Shown one piece after another: positions 9,063 to 19,800 of a stretch of 64,000 nt of DNA. Numbering within the stretch: the stretch's first letter is position 1; each line of letters begins with the position of its first letter. The notes below the pieces were generated by a model. The model ran no database searches. It had not been told where the DNA came from and worked only from the letters and a program-made list of their open reading frames with translations. The position numbers and the translations under genes are program-made. The DNA comes from an uncultured Clostridia bacterium (GTDB lineage: Bacteria > Bacillota > Clostridia > Christensenellales > UBA1242): NCBI GenBank assembly GCA_934772445.1, contig CAKVMJ010000001.1, positions 6,727 through 70,726 on the forward strand, written 5' to 3'.

Positions 9063-9950
9063 TTAAATTATGCTTTCAACAAACTCTTTAGCATTAAACT
9101 TTTGCAAGTCATCAATTCCCTCACCAATTCCTATATATTTGATTGGAATTTGGTAATCTTTAACGATTGAAAATACAACGCCACCTTTAGCTGTTCCATC
9201 AAGTTTTGTTAGAATAATTCCATCTAATCCCACAATTTCATTAAACATTTCAACTTGAGATAACGCATTTTGACCAGTTGTTGCATCTAAAACTAGATAA
9301 TTTTTATGTTCGCCTTCCCATTCTCTTGTAATAATCTTATTAATCTTTTTTAATTCTTCCATAAGATTAACTTTATTATGAAGCCTACCAGCTGTATCCA
9401 CTAAAACAACATCATCTTTTTTAGCAATTGCAGATTTTATTCCATCAAACACAACTGCACCTGGGTCTGCTCCCTCATCATATCTAACTATTCTACATTT
9501 TGCGCGTTTGCTCCATTCCTCTAATTGATCAGAAGCAGCTGCTCTAAATGTATCTCCAGCAACCATTAAAACATCTTTTTTCTCACTTTTGAATAAATGG
9601 GCAAGTTTACCAATTGCTGTGGTTTTACCAACGCCATTCACACCAACAATTGTAAGAAGCAAAGGATATTCTTCTTCCTCTTCTTCAATTGTTAAAGTTT
9701 CAATCATAACTTGTCTTAGAAGTTTTTTAAATTCTTCCTCAGTTTTTATCTTCTGCTTTTTTGCTTGTTTCTTAAGCCCTGAAATAATTTCTTCCGTTGC
9801 TGAAACGCTTATATCTGAAGAAATTAAAACATATTCAAGATCCTCATAAAATTCATCATTAAGTTCTCCAACGAAAATTTGAGAAAGTTTTGATGCAATT
9901 TTATCTTTTGTTTTCTTTAAGCCATTAAATATTTTTGAAAAAAAGCCCAT
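9063..9950 (-). CDS. ftsY: SRP receptor FtsY
   Basis: GVNGVGKTT, DTAGR and TKLDGTAKGG motifs; 295 aa. Confidence 0.93.
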   Translation of the reverse strand: MGFFSKIFNGLKKTKDKIASKLSQIFVGELNDEFYEDLEYVLISSDISVSATEEIISGLKKQAKKQKIKTEEEFKKLLRQVMIETLTIEEEEEEYPLLLTIVGVNGVGKTTAIGKLAHLFKSEKKDVLMVAGDTFRAAASDQLEEWSKRAKCRIVRYDEGADPGAVVFDGIKSAIAKKDDVVLVDTAGRLHNKVNLMEELKKINKIITREWEGEHKNYLVLDATTGQNALSQVEMFNEIVGLDGIILTKLDGTAKGGVVFSIVKDYQIPIKYIGIGEGIDDLQKFNAKEFVESII

Positions 9951-12900
9951 TATTTTACCTCCGCCATTTTAACAGCATCACTTAATTTAACAGATACAAC
10001 TTTACTTACACCCTTTTCTTCCATTGTAATACCAAACAAACAATCTGAATTTTCCATTGTTGGCTTTTTATGGGTAATACAAATAAATTGAGTTTCGTGA
10101 GCATATCTTCTTAAATATTGAACAAATCTAAATACATTTGCTTCATCTAAAGGTGCTTCAATTTCATCTAGCAAGCAGAATGGCATTGGTTTTAATCTTA
10201 ATATTGCAAACAATATTGCAATTGCAACCAAGGCTTTCTCACCACCAGATAGCAACTGAGTATTCTTTAATTTTTTCTCTGGTGGTTCTGCATAAATTTC
10301 AACACCCGCTTCCAAAACATTATCTGAATCAACAAGCTCTAGCCTTGCATTTCCGCCACCAAACAATTCTTTAAATATTGAACCAAAGTTTGTATTTATC
10401 TTATTGAACTCATTAACAAATTGTGTTGTCATTTCATCAGATAAATCTTTGATAATTTTCTTTATATCTTCTTCTGCCTTAATTAAATCTTGCGCCTGTT
10501 CGTAAATACCACCGTGTCTTTCTTGTAATAGTTTATAATCTTCTATTGCATTAACATTTACATTACCAAGAGCTGAGATTTCTTTTTTAGTTTTAGTTAT
10601 ATCCTGCAAACCTAGTTTTAAATCAAAATCAGGTTTCTTATAATCTAAAGCAGTGGCATAAGTAAGTTCGTATTCACTCCAAACTCTTTCTTGCATAGCT
10701 TCAATATCTGTATCAACCTTAGTTAAATTCAAATCTTGAGCATACTTTTTATCTTGAAGCCCTGAAACTTCGCTTGTTAACATCAATCTTTCTTCATCAA
10801 GATTTTTTAAAGATGCTTGCAATTCACCTTTACTATCTTCCAACTTCTTAAGTTTCGCTTTTGTTTCGCTTAACTCGTTTGAGTTTTTAACAACGCTTTC
10901 TTCGTTATCAATCTCAGTAACCTTGCTTTGATGTTCTTTTAATAACGCATTGTTATTTTCATAAACTCTAACCAATTGCTCTAACTCTTGAGAATTCAAC
11001 TTACTTTCGTATTCAAGTCTTTCAATCTCTGTTAGAATATTTTGCATTTCATTAGATATTGATGCAATATTAACCTTTAATTCAGTGATTTCATTAGACA
11101 AACTCTCTTTTTTATCTTTCAAATCACCAAAGTTATCTGTATCAATCAAATCTGTGGCAACTTCGCCATTCTCTTCACCGTTTAAAACGCTTAATTCTTT
11201 ATTAATACTATCAAGAATTTGAGTTGCTTTTGCAATCTCACCTTCAAGTTTACTAAGTGTTGCTAAGTTATCATTCTTACTATCAACAATACTTACATAA
11301 ATCTCATTTTCTTTAGCACACGCAAGTTCGTATTCACGCAAGTTGCTTGTTTCTTGTTTCAACTCTTTACTTATAGCTTCATACTCGCTAAGACCAAATT
11401 TTAAATCCTCATCTTTCTTATTTCTCTCCCTTGTGGCCTCTTCGATTTCTTTGATTATAGCACCAATATCACTATCTTTAGATAATAAGCTTGTACCAAA
11501 AGATTTTTTACTACCACCTGTCATTGAACCAGTTGGTGCAATTATATCTCCATCTAATGTAACTATTCTAAATGAATAACTTGTTTTATTTGCTAATGTT
11601 ACCGCTTCGTTAATATCCGAAACCACAACAGTTGTTCCAAGCAAGCTAGAAATTACTGGCTCTAAATGAGAATTATATTTAATTAAGGTTTTAGCAACAC
11701 CAAAACAACCTGTTGAATTTAAAACTCTTTGATAAACTGGGTCTAAATTTCTTTGTTTTACCTTATTAATTGGTAAGCAAGTAATTCTTCCATATTGGTT
11801 TTCTTTTAAATATTTAATTAAATATTTAGCATCTTCTTCATTTTCAGTAACTATATTTTGAACTGCGTTACCAAGTGCCATTTCAATTGCAGTTTGATAT
11901 TTCTCAGGTACGGAAATTAAGTTTGCAACCACACCAACAATACGCTTTTTAAGTTCGTTCATTCTCTCGGCATCTTTTAATAATCTTCTAACACTACCAT
12001 TAAAGCCTTCAAACTCTTTTTGCATATCTTCCAAAAGTTTCTTCTTTTGATGTAAACTTACTATTGATGTATTTAAACTATTTATATCTAATTCAAGTTT
12101 TTTATTTTCTGCTAACTTTTCATTCTGCTTAGCAATTAAAATATCTATTTTCTTACTGCTTATTTCTTTATTAGATGTTTCAACTTTTAATATTCTCGCA
12201 CATTCTTTTTCTGCTGTTTCAAGTTCGTTTATCTTCGCAACAACAGCCATCTTATCTTCAAAATTTCTTTTTGTATTTTCTTCATAAGATGTTTTCTCAG
12301 CATTCAATGCAGAAATTTTTGCTTTTGTATCACCTAACTTATTCAACGATTCAAAAATTCTCTTTTGTTGAGTTTTTGCTTCATCTTCACCAAGTGCTAA
12401 TTCTTTAGTAACATTTTCATATTGCTCTTCTAAATCAGTAAGTTTTGCTCTATTTCTATTTAATTCTTCGCCAAACTTCTCTTTTCTAATTTGAGAATTC
12501 TTAAGGCGTTCTTCCATCTGCTCTTTTAATGAAGTCTTCTTAGAGATTTCATCACTAAGCCTTGCTTCATCACCCATCAAGCTTCTTATCTTTTCTTTTA
12601 AAAGAGAACTTAATCCCGCACTCTTTTCAAGACCGATTGTTAAATCTAAAATTTCAGCATTTAATGTTTTAATATTTTCATCTAAATGATTTAATTTATC
12701 AAAGGAAGAATTATAATCATCAATAACTTTTTCAAGTTTTTCTTGTTTTAAATTCAAATCCTCCATAATTTCATCTATTCTTGCTTGGATAACCGCTTTA
12801 TTATCGTTTGCAGAATCATATTGATAAATATAAGCATTAACTTCTAATAGTTTTAATTTTTCTTTTAACTCCAAATAAATCTTTGCAGTTTCGGATTGTT

Positions 12901-13519
12901 TTTGCAATGGTTTTAATTGCCTATCAATTTCGTTTAATACATTGGTTATATTATCCAAATTCTGCTGAGTTCTTTCCAAATTTCTTTCTGCTTCATCTTT
13001 TTTTGCTTTAAATCCAGCAATACCAGAAGCTTCTTCGAAAATAACTCTTCTTTCTAAAGGCTTACTATTTACAATTTTATCAACCATACCTTGAGATATA
13101 ATCGAATAACCGCTTTTACCAACTCCACTATTATAAAGCATTTCGGTAATATCTTTAAGCCTACAAGGATTACCATTAACAAGATATTCGCTAACGCCCG
13201 AACGATACAATTTTCTTGTGATTGTAATTTCTTCTAAAGGAGTATTGAATATCTTATTGCCATTATCAAACACCAAAGAAACCTCGCAAAAACTAGAGCC
13301 TTTGCGTTTTTCAGTACCTTTAAAGATAACATCTTGCATAGTTGTTCCTCTAAGGTTTTTAGAGCTTTGCTCACCCAAAACCCATTTAACAGCATCTGCA
13401 ACATTACTCTTTCCGCAACCATTTGGCCCAACGATTGCATTTATACCTTCTTCAAATTTAATTTTAGTTGGGTCTGCAAAAGATTTAAACCCAGAAATTT
13501 CTATTTGTTTGAAATTCAA
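9950..13519 (-). CDS. smc: chromosome segregation protein SMC
   Basis: 1189 aa with N-terminal Walker A (GPNGCGKSN), long coiled coils, a hinge, and C-terminal LSGGEKALVAIAILFAI plus Walker B (LLDEIEAPLD). TTG start at 13519 follows GGAGG by 5 nt. Confidence 0.95.
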   Translation of the reverse strand: MNFKQIEISGFKSFADPTKIKFEEGINAIVGPNGCGKSNVADAVKWVLGEQSSKNLRGTTMQDVIFKGTEKRKGSSFCEVSLVFDNGNKIFNTPLEEITITRKLYRSGVSEYLVNGNPCRLKDITEMLYNSGVGKSGYSIISQGMVDKIVNSKPLERRVIFEEASGIAGFKAKKDEAERNLERTQQNLDNITNVLNEIDRQLKPLQKQSETAKIYLELKEKLKLLEVNAYIYQYDSANDNKAVIQARIDEIMEDLNLKQEKLEKVIDDYNSSFDKLNHLDENIKTLNAEILDLTIGLEKSAGLSSLLKEKIRSLMGDEARLSDEISKKTSLKEQMEERLKNSQIRKEKFGEELNRNRAKLTDLEEQYENVTKELALGEDEAKTQQKRIFESLNKLGDTKAKISALNAEKTSYEENTKRNFEDKMAVVAKINELETAEKECARILKVETSNKEISSKKIDILIAKQNEKLAENKKLELDINSLNTSIVSLHQKKKLLEDMQKEFEGFNGSVRRLLKDAERMNELKKRIVGVVANLISVPEKYQTAIEMALGNAVQNIVTENEEDAKYLIKYLKENQYGRITCLPINKVKQRNLDPVYQRVLNSTGCFGVAKTLIKYNSHLEPVISSLLGTTVVVSDINEAVTLANKTSYSFRIVTLDGDIIAPTGSMTGGSKKSFGTSLLSKDSDIGAIIKEIEEATRERNKKDEDLKFGLSEYEAISKELKQETSNLREYELACAKENEIYVSIVDSKNDNLATLSKLEGEIAKATQILDSINKELSVLNGEENGEVATDLIDTDNFGDLKDKKESLSNEITELKVNIASISNEMQNILTEIERLEYESKLNSQELEQLVRVYENNNALLKEHQSKVTEIDNEESVVKNSNELSETKAKLKKLEDSKGELQASLKNLDEERLMLTSEVSGLQDKKYAQDLNLTKVDTDIEAMQERVWSEYELTYATALDYKKPDFDLKLGLQDITKTKKEISALGNVNVNAIEDYKLLQERHGGIYEQAQDLIKAEEDIKKIIKDLSDEMTTQFVNEFNKINTNFGSIFKELFGGGNARLELVDSDNVLEAGVEIYAEPPEKKLKNTQLLSGGEKALVAIAILFAILRLKPMPFCLLDEIEAPLDEANVFRFVQYLRRYAHETQFICITHKKPTMENSDCLFGITMEEKGVSKVVSVKLSDAVKMAEVK

Positions 13520-13629
13520 AATAGCCTCCGTTTTGAATACAAAAAAAAGTATTCATAAAGCATTTTACACTCTTACTTAAGTATAGCAAAATACTTTATA
13601 AATACCAAACAAAAATAGCCCTTTATTAA

Positions 13630-14319
13630 TTAGTTTTTATTGATTTGATTATAAACATTTTTCGCACACATTTGCTCAGCTTCCTTTATAGATTTTGCCT
13701 TACAAACTGAAGTAAGCTCATCATTAACAAATAATTGAACTATAAATGAATCTCCTCTACCACTACTTTTATAATCAAGCTTTAGATTTTTTGCCTGACA
13801 AAGTTCTTGCAAAGGTGTTTTATAATCAATAATTAAATTTTCAAAATCCTCAATATTCTTTTTATCTTTAACTAGAGTTTTTAAAACATAATTATAAGCA
13901 TTATCCAAATTTGAATCCAAATAGATAGCTCCAAGCAAACTCTCATAAACATCGCAAAGAATACTCTGCTTAATATCGTTTTTAAGGCTTCTACCAACTC
14001 TTACAAATTGAGAAATACCTAAATTAAGAACAATATCTGCTAAAGTTTTTTCTTGAACCATTTTGGCTCTGATTTTAGTTAAACTGCCTTCTTTTTCTGC
14101 TGGAAAATTCTTATAAATATAATCACTTACAATATATTCAAGCAAACTATCGCCTAAAAATTCTAATCTTTCATAATTTTTAACTTTATTTTCATTTGCA
14201 TACGAAGAATGAGTTAGTGCCATATTTAATAAGGATTTATCTTTAAAGGTATAGCCAATAATTGTTTCTAAATTATTCACCCTCAACCTCGCAATCATAT
14301 TTTTGAACATTTTCGGCAA
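13630..14319 (-). CDS. rnc: ribonuclease III
   Basis: ERLEFLGDSLLEY signature and a C-terminal dsRBD. The exact start is uncertain; several Met codons overlap the plsX 3' end. Confidence 0.9.
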   Translation of the reverse strand: MPKMFKNMIARLRVNNLETIIGYTFKDKSLLNMALTHSSYANENKVKNYERLEFLGDSLLEYIVSDYIYKNFPAEKEGSLTKIRAKMVQEKTLADIVLNLGISQFVRVGRSLKNDIKQSILCDVYESLLGAIYLDSNLDNAYNYVLKTLVKDKKNIEDFENLIIDYKTPLQELCQAKNLKLDYKSSGRGDSFIVQLFVNDELTSVCKAKSIKEAEQMCAKNVYNQINKN

Positions 14320-15301
14320 TTAAATCCACAAGTTTTGCTTCATACATCTGAACAACTTGTTCAATACTAGCACAAATACTCTCAGCCTTACTACTACCGT
14401 GGGATTTAACGATAATTTTCTTACAGCCTAAAAGAACTGCTCCACCTTGATGGCTATAATCTAGTTTACTCTTCAAACTCTTAAATGCATTTCTCATAAG
14501 CAATGCACCAAGTTTTCTCCAAACACCATTATCTATTTCTTGTTTCATCATTTTTAACAATGAAATCATAGCACCTTCACTGCTTTTTAGCAAAACATTA
14601 CCAGCGAAACCATCAGTTACAACTAAATCATAATCTCCGCTTAAAAGTTCTCTTGCTTCCATATTACCAACAAAGTTTATTCCCTCAAGATTGCTTAACA
14701 TCTCAAAAGTTTCCTTTGAAAGTTCATTACCCTTATGTTCTTCAACGCCAACATTCAAAAGAGCAACTCTAGGATTTGCAACGCCATAGATAGATTTCAA
14801 ATATGCAGTACCCATTAAAGCAAAGTGAACTAAATTTATAGGCTTTGCATCCATATTAGCACCACAATCCACAATAGCCACAGGAGTACCTTTAATTGTT
14901 GGAAGAATTGGACATAACGCTGGTCTTGAAACTCCGCTCAATCTTCCAAGTTTTAAAAACGCACCAGTAAGCACAGCACCAGTTGAACCAGCACCAACAA
15001 ATCCTGCCACCTCATCATTTGTTCTAAGCTCATCAAAAGCCTTAACTAAAGAACTATCTTTTTTAGTTCTTATAGCAACGGTTGGCGACTCGTTATTTTC
15101 TATAATTTCTTTAGCATCAATTATCTCAATTCTATCTAAAAAAGCACATTTCTCACTTTCTAGAATTTCTTCAATTCTTTCTTTATCACCTGTAAAAATA
15201 ATAAATAGTTCATCATTTTTACTTAGAGCATCAATACCGCCCTTAATTATCTCAACTGGAGCATTATCTCCACCAAAAGCATCAACTACAACTTTAATCA
15301 T
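14273..15301 (-). CDS. plsX: phosphate acyltransferase PlsX
   Basis: MIKVVVDAFGGDNAP N-terminus and GFAGNVLLKSSEG motif; 342 aa. Confidence 0.92.
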   Translation of the reverse strand: MIKVVVDAFGGDNAPVEIIKGGIDALSKNDELFIIFTGDKERIEEILESEKCAFLDRIEIIDAKEIIENNESPTVAIRTKKDSSLVKAFDELRTNDEVAGFVGAGSTGAVLTGAFLKLGRLSGVSRPALCPILPTIKGTPVAIVDCGANMDAKPINLVHFALMGTAYLKSIYGVANPRVALLNVGVEEHKGNELSKETFEMLSNLEGINFVGNMEARELLSGDYDLVVTDGFAGNVLLKSSEGAMISLLKMMKQEIDNGVWRKLGALLMRNAFKSLKSKLDYSHQGGAVLLGCKKIIVKSHGSSKAESICASIEQVVQMYEAKLVDLIAENVQKYDCEVEGE

Positions 15302-15401
15302 AAATTTCTCCTAATAATTAAACTTTACAATAATTATTAAAAAAAGTCAATAAAATGCAAATAAAAAAAGCCAACCATTTAATGATTGACTTTATTATTT
15401 G

Positions 15402-16292
15402 TTATTTTTTTTCTTTTTTATTTGTTTTACCAGCATTTAAAGTTTCTGCCATAGTGGTTGCCAATGTGGCAACATTTTGCAAATCACTAGGAACAATAAT
15501 CTTTGTGCTTTGGCCATCTGCTAAATACTTCAAAGCTTCAAATCCTTGCAATGTTAGATAAGCAGAATCTGGTTTTGCTTGCATAATTTTCTTTATTGCT
15601 TCAGCAGTACCTTCGGCTTCAGAAATTAAAGAGATTTTTTTAGCTTCTGCTCTTAAAATTGCAGATTCTTTTTCACCTTCAGCAACTAAGATACTACTCT
15701 TCTTTTCGCCTTCGGCTCTCAAGATTGCTTCTCTTCTTTCTCTTTCTGCTCTCATTTGTTTTTCCATCGCATCTCTAATATCTTTTGGAGGAAGAATATT
15801 TTTTAATTCAACACGATGAATTTTTATTCCCCAAGGATCGGTTGCTTCATCAAGAATAGAACGCATTTTGGTATTAACAATATCTCTTGATGTTAGAGTT
15901 TCATCAAGTTCCATTTCACCAACAATATTTCTAAGAGTGGTTGCAGTTAGATTTTCAATAGCAGCAAGAGGTCTATCCACGCCATAGCAGAATAATTTTG
16001 GATCTGTTACTTGGTAATATACCACTGTATCTATTTGCATAGTTACATTATCTTTTGTAATAACAGGTTGAGGTGGAAAATCCGCAATTCTTTCTTTTAA
16101 ATTTAGTGGAGTTCCTGCAACTCTATCAAAGAAAGGTAAAATCATATGAATACCAGTTTCCAATGTTTTATGGTATTTACCCAACCTTTCAATAACTAAA
16201 GCAGTTGATTGTTTTACAATCTTAACCGATGCTATTAAGATTAAAAACGCAACAACAGCTAAAACAATTAAAATTATAGCAAATGTACTCAT
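15402..16292 (-). CDS. SPFH/Band-7 (stomatin-like) membrane protein
   Basis: N-terminal TM helix, an SPFH core (VKQSTALVIERLGKYHKTLETGIHMILPFFDRV) and a C-terminal AEGEK repeat helix. Translationally coupled to nfeD (4-nt overlap). Confidence 0.85.
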   Translation of the reverse strand: MSTFAIILIVLAVVAFLILIASVKIVKQSTALVIERLGKYHKTLETGIHMILPFFDRVAGTPLNLKERIADFPPQPVITKDNVTMQIDTVVYYQVTDPKLFCYGVDRPLAAIENLTATTLRNIVGEMELDETLTSRDIVNTKMRSILDEATDPWGIKIHRVELKNILPPKDIRDAMEKQMRAERERREAILRAEGEKKSSILVAEGEKESAILRAEAKKISLISEAEGTAEAIKKIMQAKPDSAYLTLQGFEALKYLADGQSTKIIVPSDLQNVATLATTMAETLNAGKTNKKEKK

Positions 16293-16729
16293 TCTTTATC
16301 TCCTTTCTCAACGATATATTTATTACCGCTAATTTTTAATACTCTAACCAACTCACCTTTTTGAATTGGTTTATTATCCACTGAAACAACATTCCAAACA
16401 ACTCCATTAATCTTGATTGTTCCCATATTATCCTCAGTGATATCTGTTAACAATTTATATGTTTCGCCAAAAGCACTCTCGGCATTTGTTTTTGTGTTAT
16501 CTTTCTTTAATAAAAACTTTAAAGCAATTTTTCTTAAAGCTAGCAACAAAACTAAAGACAAAACTATAAAAACAACAAGTTGAATTTCCCATCTAACGCC
16601 TACGCTTGCAAGTATCATACAAACAATACCTCCAGCCACAAACCAGATAGAAGCCATTTCCATTGTAATAAATTCTATAATTAAGCTAAGAGCCGTAACA
16701 CCTAACCAAACCCAAATCATCCAATCCAT
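16289..16729 (-). CDS. NfeD-family membrane protein
   Basis: Three N-terminal TM helices plus a C-terminal OB-like domain (GTIKINGVVWNVVS...GELVRVLKISGNKYIVE). Shows the classic NfeD-SPFH operon pairing. Confidence 0.8.
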   Translation of the reverse strand: MDWMIWVWLGVTALSLIIEFITMEMASIWFVAGGIVCMILASVGVRWEIQLVVFIVLSLVLLLALRKIALKFLLKKDNTKTNAESAFGETYKLLTDITEDNMGTIKINGVVWNVVSVDNKPIQKGELVRVLKISGNKYIVEKGDKE

Positions 16730-16761
16730 AGTTTCTCCTTTTAAAAAATCAATAAATAGTT

Positions 16762-16789
16762 TTCCAAACCCTCCACCTAGGGTTTGGAA
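16762..16789 (-). terminator. terminator-like hairpin downstream of the giant gene
   Basis: TTCCAAACCCT (16762-16772) pairs with AGGGTTTGGAA (16779-16789): 11-bp perfect stem, 6-nt loop. On the minus strand it is followed by T-rich sequence, though the T-run is not immediately adjacent. Confidence 0.55.
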
Positions 16790-16848
16790 CTATTTTATTA
16801 ATATATATTATAATATTTTTTTATTAATTCAAAATGAATCGAATAATA

Positions 16849-19800
16849 TTAAGTTGGAACATGATAATAGTAGGCACTTTGCCAACGAGATGCACTTAAT
16901 GCATCAGTTTTGATACTTCTATTAGAATTCATCAATGATGACTCATCATAATAGTATAACACACCATTTTCTACATGGTCAAATATAACTACATGTTGAC
17001 CATTATAATGTACTATATCACCTTTCTTTATATTTGAATTAACTTTTCCACCAACTATAAAACTACCATTATAATTACCATAACCACTTGACTTTGCAAA
17101 GGCTAAATATCCTGCACTACCATTTTGCTTACCTAGATAACCATATAGTAATCTAACAAATCCCCAGCAATCTGTATAGATTAAACCAGAATTATTTTTT
17201 ATCATATTTATAGGAGCTGATAAATTATATTTAGTTACACCATCACCGCCATTATTTGTGTTGGCGCGTTTATCGCATTGCTTTGTGTAACTATCACTAT
17301 AATAGTGGATTGCATAATCGTATGACCATTCTACACCTTCTTGTGCGATAAAGTAATTAATAGCATTTATAACCCCCGGTACTTCCCCAGCTGGAGTATT
17401 ATCACCTCCACCCGGAGATGGATCCGGATCGGTTGGGTTCGTTGGATCTGTAGGATCAGTTGGATCTGTGCCTGAACCACCGCCCGGATTATATCCCGGA
17501 TTTAAACTTGGATTAGTTCCGTTTGCTTGGTCCTTACCTGGAAGAAGTTCTCCACCAGAATAAGCAAGTGACCAACCGAAATCGCAACTAGCAACTTTTC
17601 CGATAACTTTATCATATAGAGAATTACCAGAAGCAGTATAAGCTCTAACATCATAACTCAATTCATCATAAGTCATTGTGCCTTCTTTTAAAGCTCTAGT
17701 AGTGATTAAGTTATATAAATTTGGATGCCAATTATGATTTGAAGCTTTTAATTGAGAAACTGTATCAAAATCAATTTCCAATGTGATAGTTTCACCATTA
17801 TTGATAGTTTTTCTATCAGAAGCTTTAACCAAATTTGGATTTGAGAATAAACTTTTCAAATTGTAATCAATTGTTACGCTTTGATTTGCGTTAATAGCTT
17901 GTTGCCTTGCATACTCACGCCTTTTATCATCATATTCTGAACCTAAATATTGTGTTGTTTCTTGTCCATAAGATTTACTACCACCTGAAATTGTCCAGTT
18001 TTGGGTTCTTCTAGGAGGACCGCAATATTCTGCATTGCCTTTTGGTTCTGCATTATATGTTGCAGTTATTTTTGAATGTTCATAAACATAACTAATAAAT
18101 TCATAGTTATAATATAAACCATTAGACAACTCAACATTTAATTCGCAAAGCACTACTGGAATTAATCTTACATAACCTTGAACTGTTAATGTTCCGATTT
18201 CAATGGTTTCTGTTTTTGTACTGAAACTATAATTATCTGTACCCCAGCAATTATCCGGATCATCTACATAGTCATCAACCCAAATTGTTACTGGTACTGA
18301 AATCTCTCTTCTTGATATAATATTACCATTTTCATCATAAGTATATTCATACTCAGTTTCATTTTTAATTTCTTGGTGTCGTCCAACCCACTTTTTCATA
18401 TATTCAGTTCTAGTTGAATATCCAGAAGTACTACTGATTTGATAAGTGATATTTTGTTTTACATGTTGAGTTCCAGCAATACCAACATCAATAGTTGAAT
18501 ACCTACTTGATTGTTTTAAACTACCACCAGATGATGGAAGATATGTAAATGTATATGTTGCAGTTACATCTGGACTATTGAAGTCTGTTTGACCTTTTGT
18601 TGAGATGATGACCTGACCTGTGGCATCAATCAATTCAACCGTTCTATCAAGATGGCTTATCTTATATGGATCAGTTCCGCTATAACGCATACTTGTATTT
18701 GAATAAGTATCGCAATTTGGATCTGTATAACCAAGAGTTAAGTTATTACCAAGAATTTTACCAATATAATTGAATGTGTTATCTGTATTGTGGAAGTCTT
18801 GACCTGCTACAACAACTCTTGTTTTATTTTGAGTGAAGCCCGGAGTATCAAAACCAAGCCTATCAAACACACCAGATGAAGATAAAGATTTTGGCAAGTT
18901 TGCTTTTCGTTTAGTTGTGCAATTCGCACCCCTGCTTACACCATTACAAACCCAATAATCTCCATTTAATGTTAGCTTTCTACCATAATTTGTACAAGTA
19001 GATTTTTCACAATAATAACTAGAGATTATTTCATTAATCTTATATTTACCTTCTTCATAGCCATCGTTTCTATCGGTATATAATGTTGAAGTACTTTCAG
19101 TACTTGAAGAGATTTGCATTGTAACATCTCTAACAACTATATTTTTACTCTCTGTTAAAGATGAAGTACCAGCTGAATATCCAGCCAAACCTCCAACATA
19201 CATAGAACCCATTACAAAGCTTGAAACTCTTTGATTTGATGTATTATTTAATGAAAATCCTTCAACTCTTAAGTTTGTTGAACTACCCTTATTTCCAGCA
19301 TCTGTATCTATATATCCGAATAGTCCACCAACATAAGCACCACCAGATACTGTTCCGCCATCATCAAAATAAATTTTGCAATCTCCAATAATAGCTGAAG
19401 AATTTGCTAATGGGTCTGAATGGTAACTACCACAGATACCACCAACATAATCTCCTTGAGCTACAATTGAAGCTCCATTGTTAGAAACAGAGCCCAATTT
19501 AACATTTTGGCTTCCTCTAGTTGTACAATGGATTAATTCACCAACTATACCACCAACATACGAACCAGAAGCTGTAACTGAAGCACTATTGCTTGCACGC
19601 GTAACCGATGGAGATTTACATTCATCAGGTTTGATATTATTTTGACTATCATAAGCATACTCAATATCGCCCTTACCAAGAATACCCCCAACATAGTTTA
19701 CACCAGAAATTGGAACTGTGTTTGATGTGTTTGTATTTGTATCATTATCTCCTGTGATATAACAATCACCGATAGCATAACCACAGATACCACCAACATA

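Noticed and set aside
15371-15400. A possible terminator hairpin between the SPFH gene and plsX (CAATCA...TGGTTG, followed by a T-run on the minus strand), and a TTGACT / TGtTAAAGT promoter for plsX at 15322-15350.
   Set aside because: The stem is only 6 bp with a G-U pair, and the -10 is weak. Both are plausible but not strong enough to list as features.
16730-17384. The idea that the giant protein is a polymorphic-toxin or contact-dependent-inhibition effector with a downstream immunity gene.
   Set aside because: The 119-bp gap after the stop codon contains only a terminator hairpin. The next genes are a standard NfeD-SPFH pair. No small immunity-like ORF, no pretoxin-type junction motif and no orphan toxin cassettes are visible. 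An outward-acting hydrolase role remains only one of several hypotheses.
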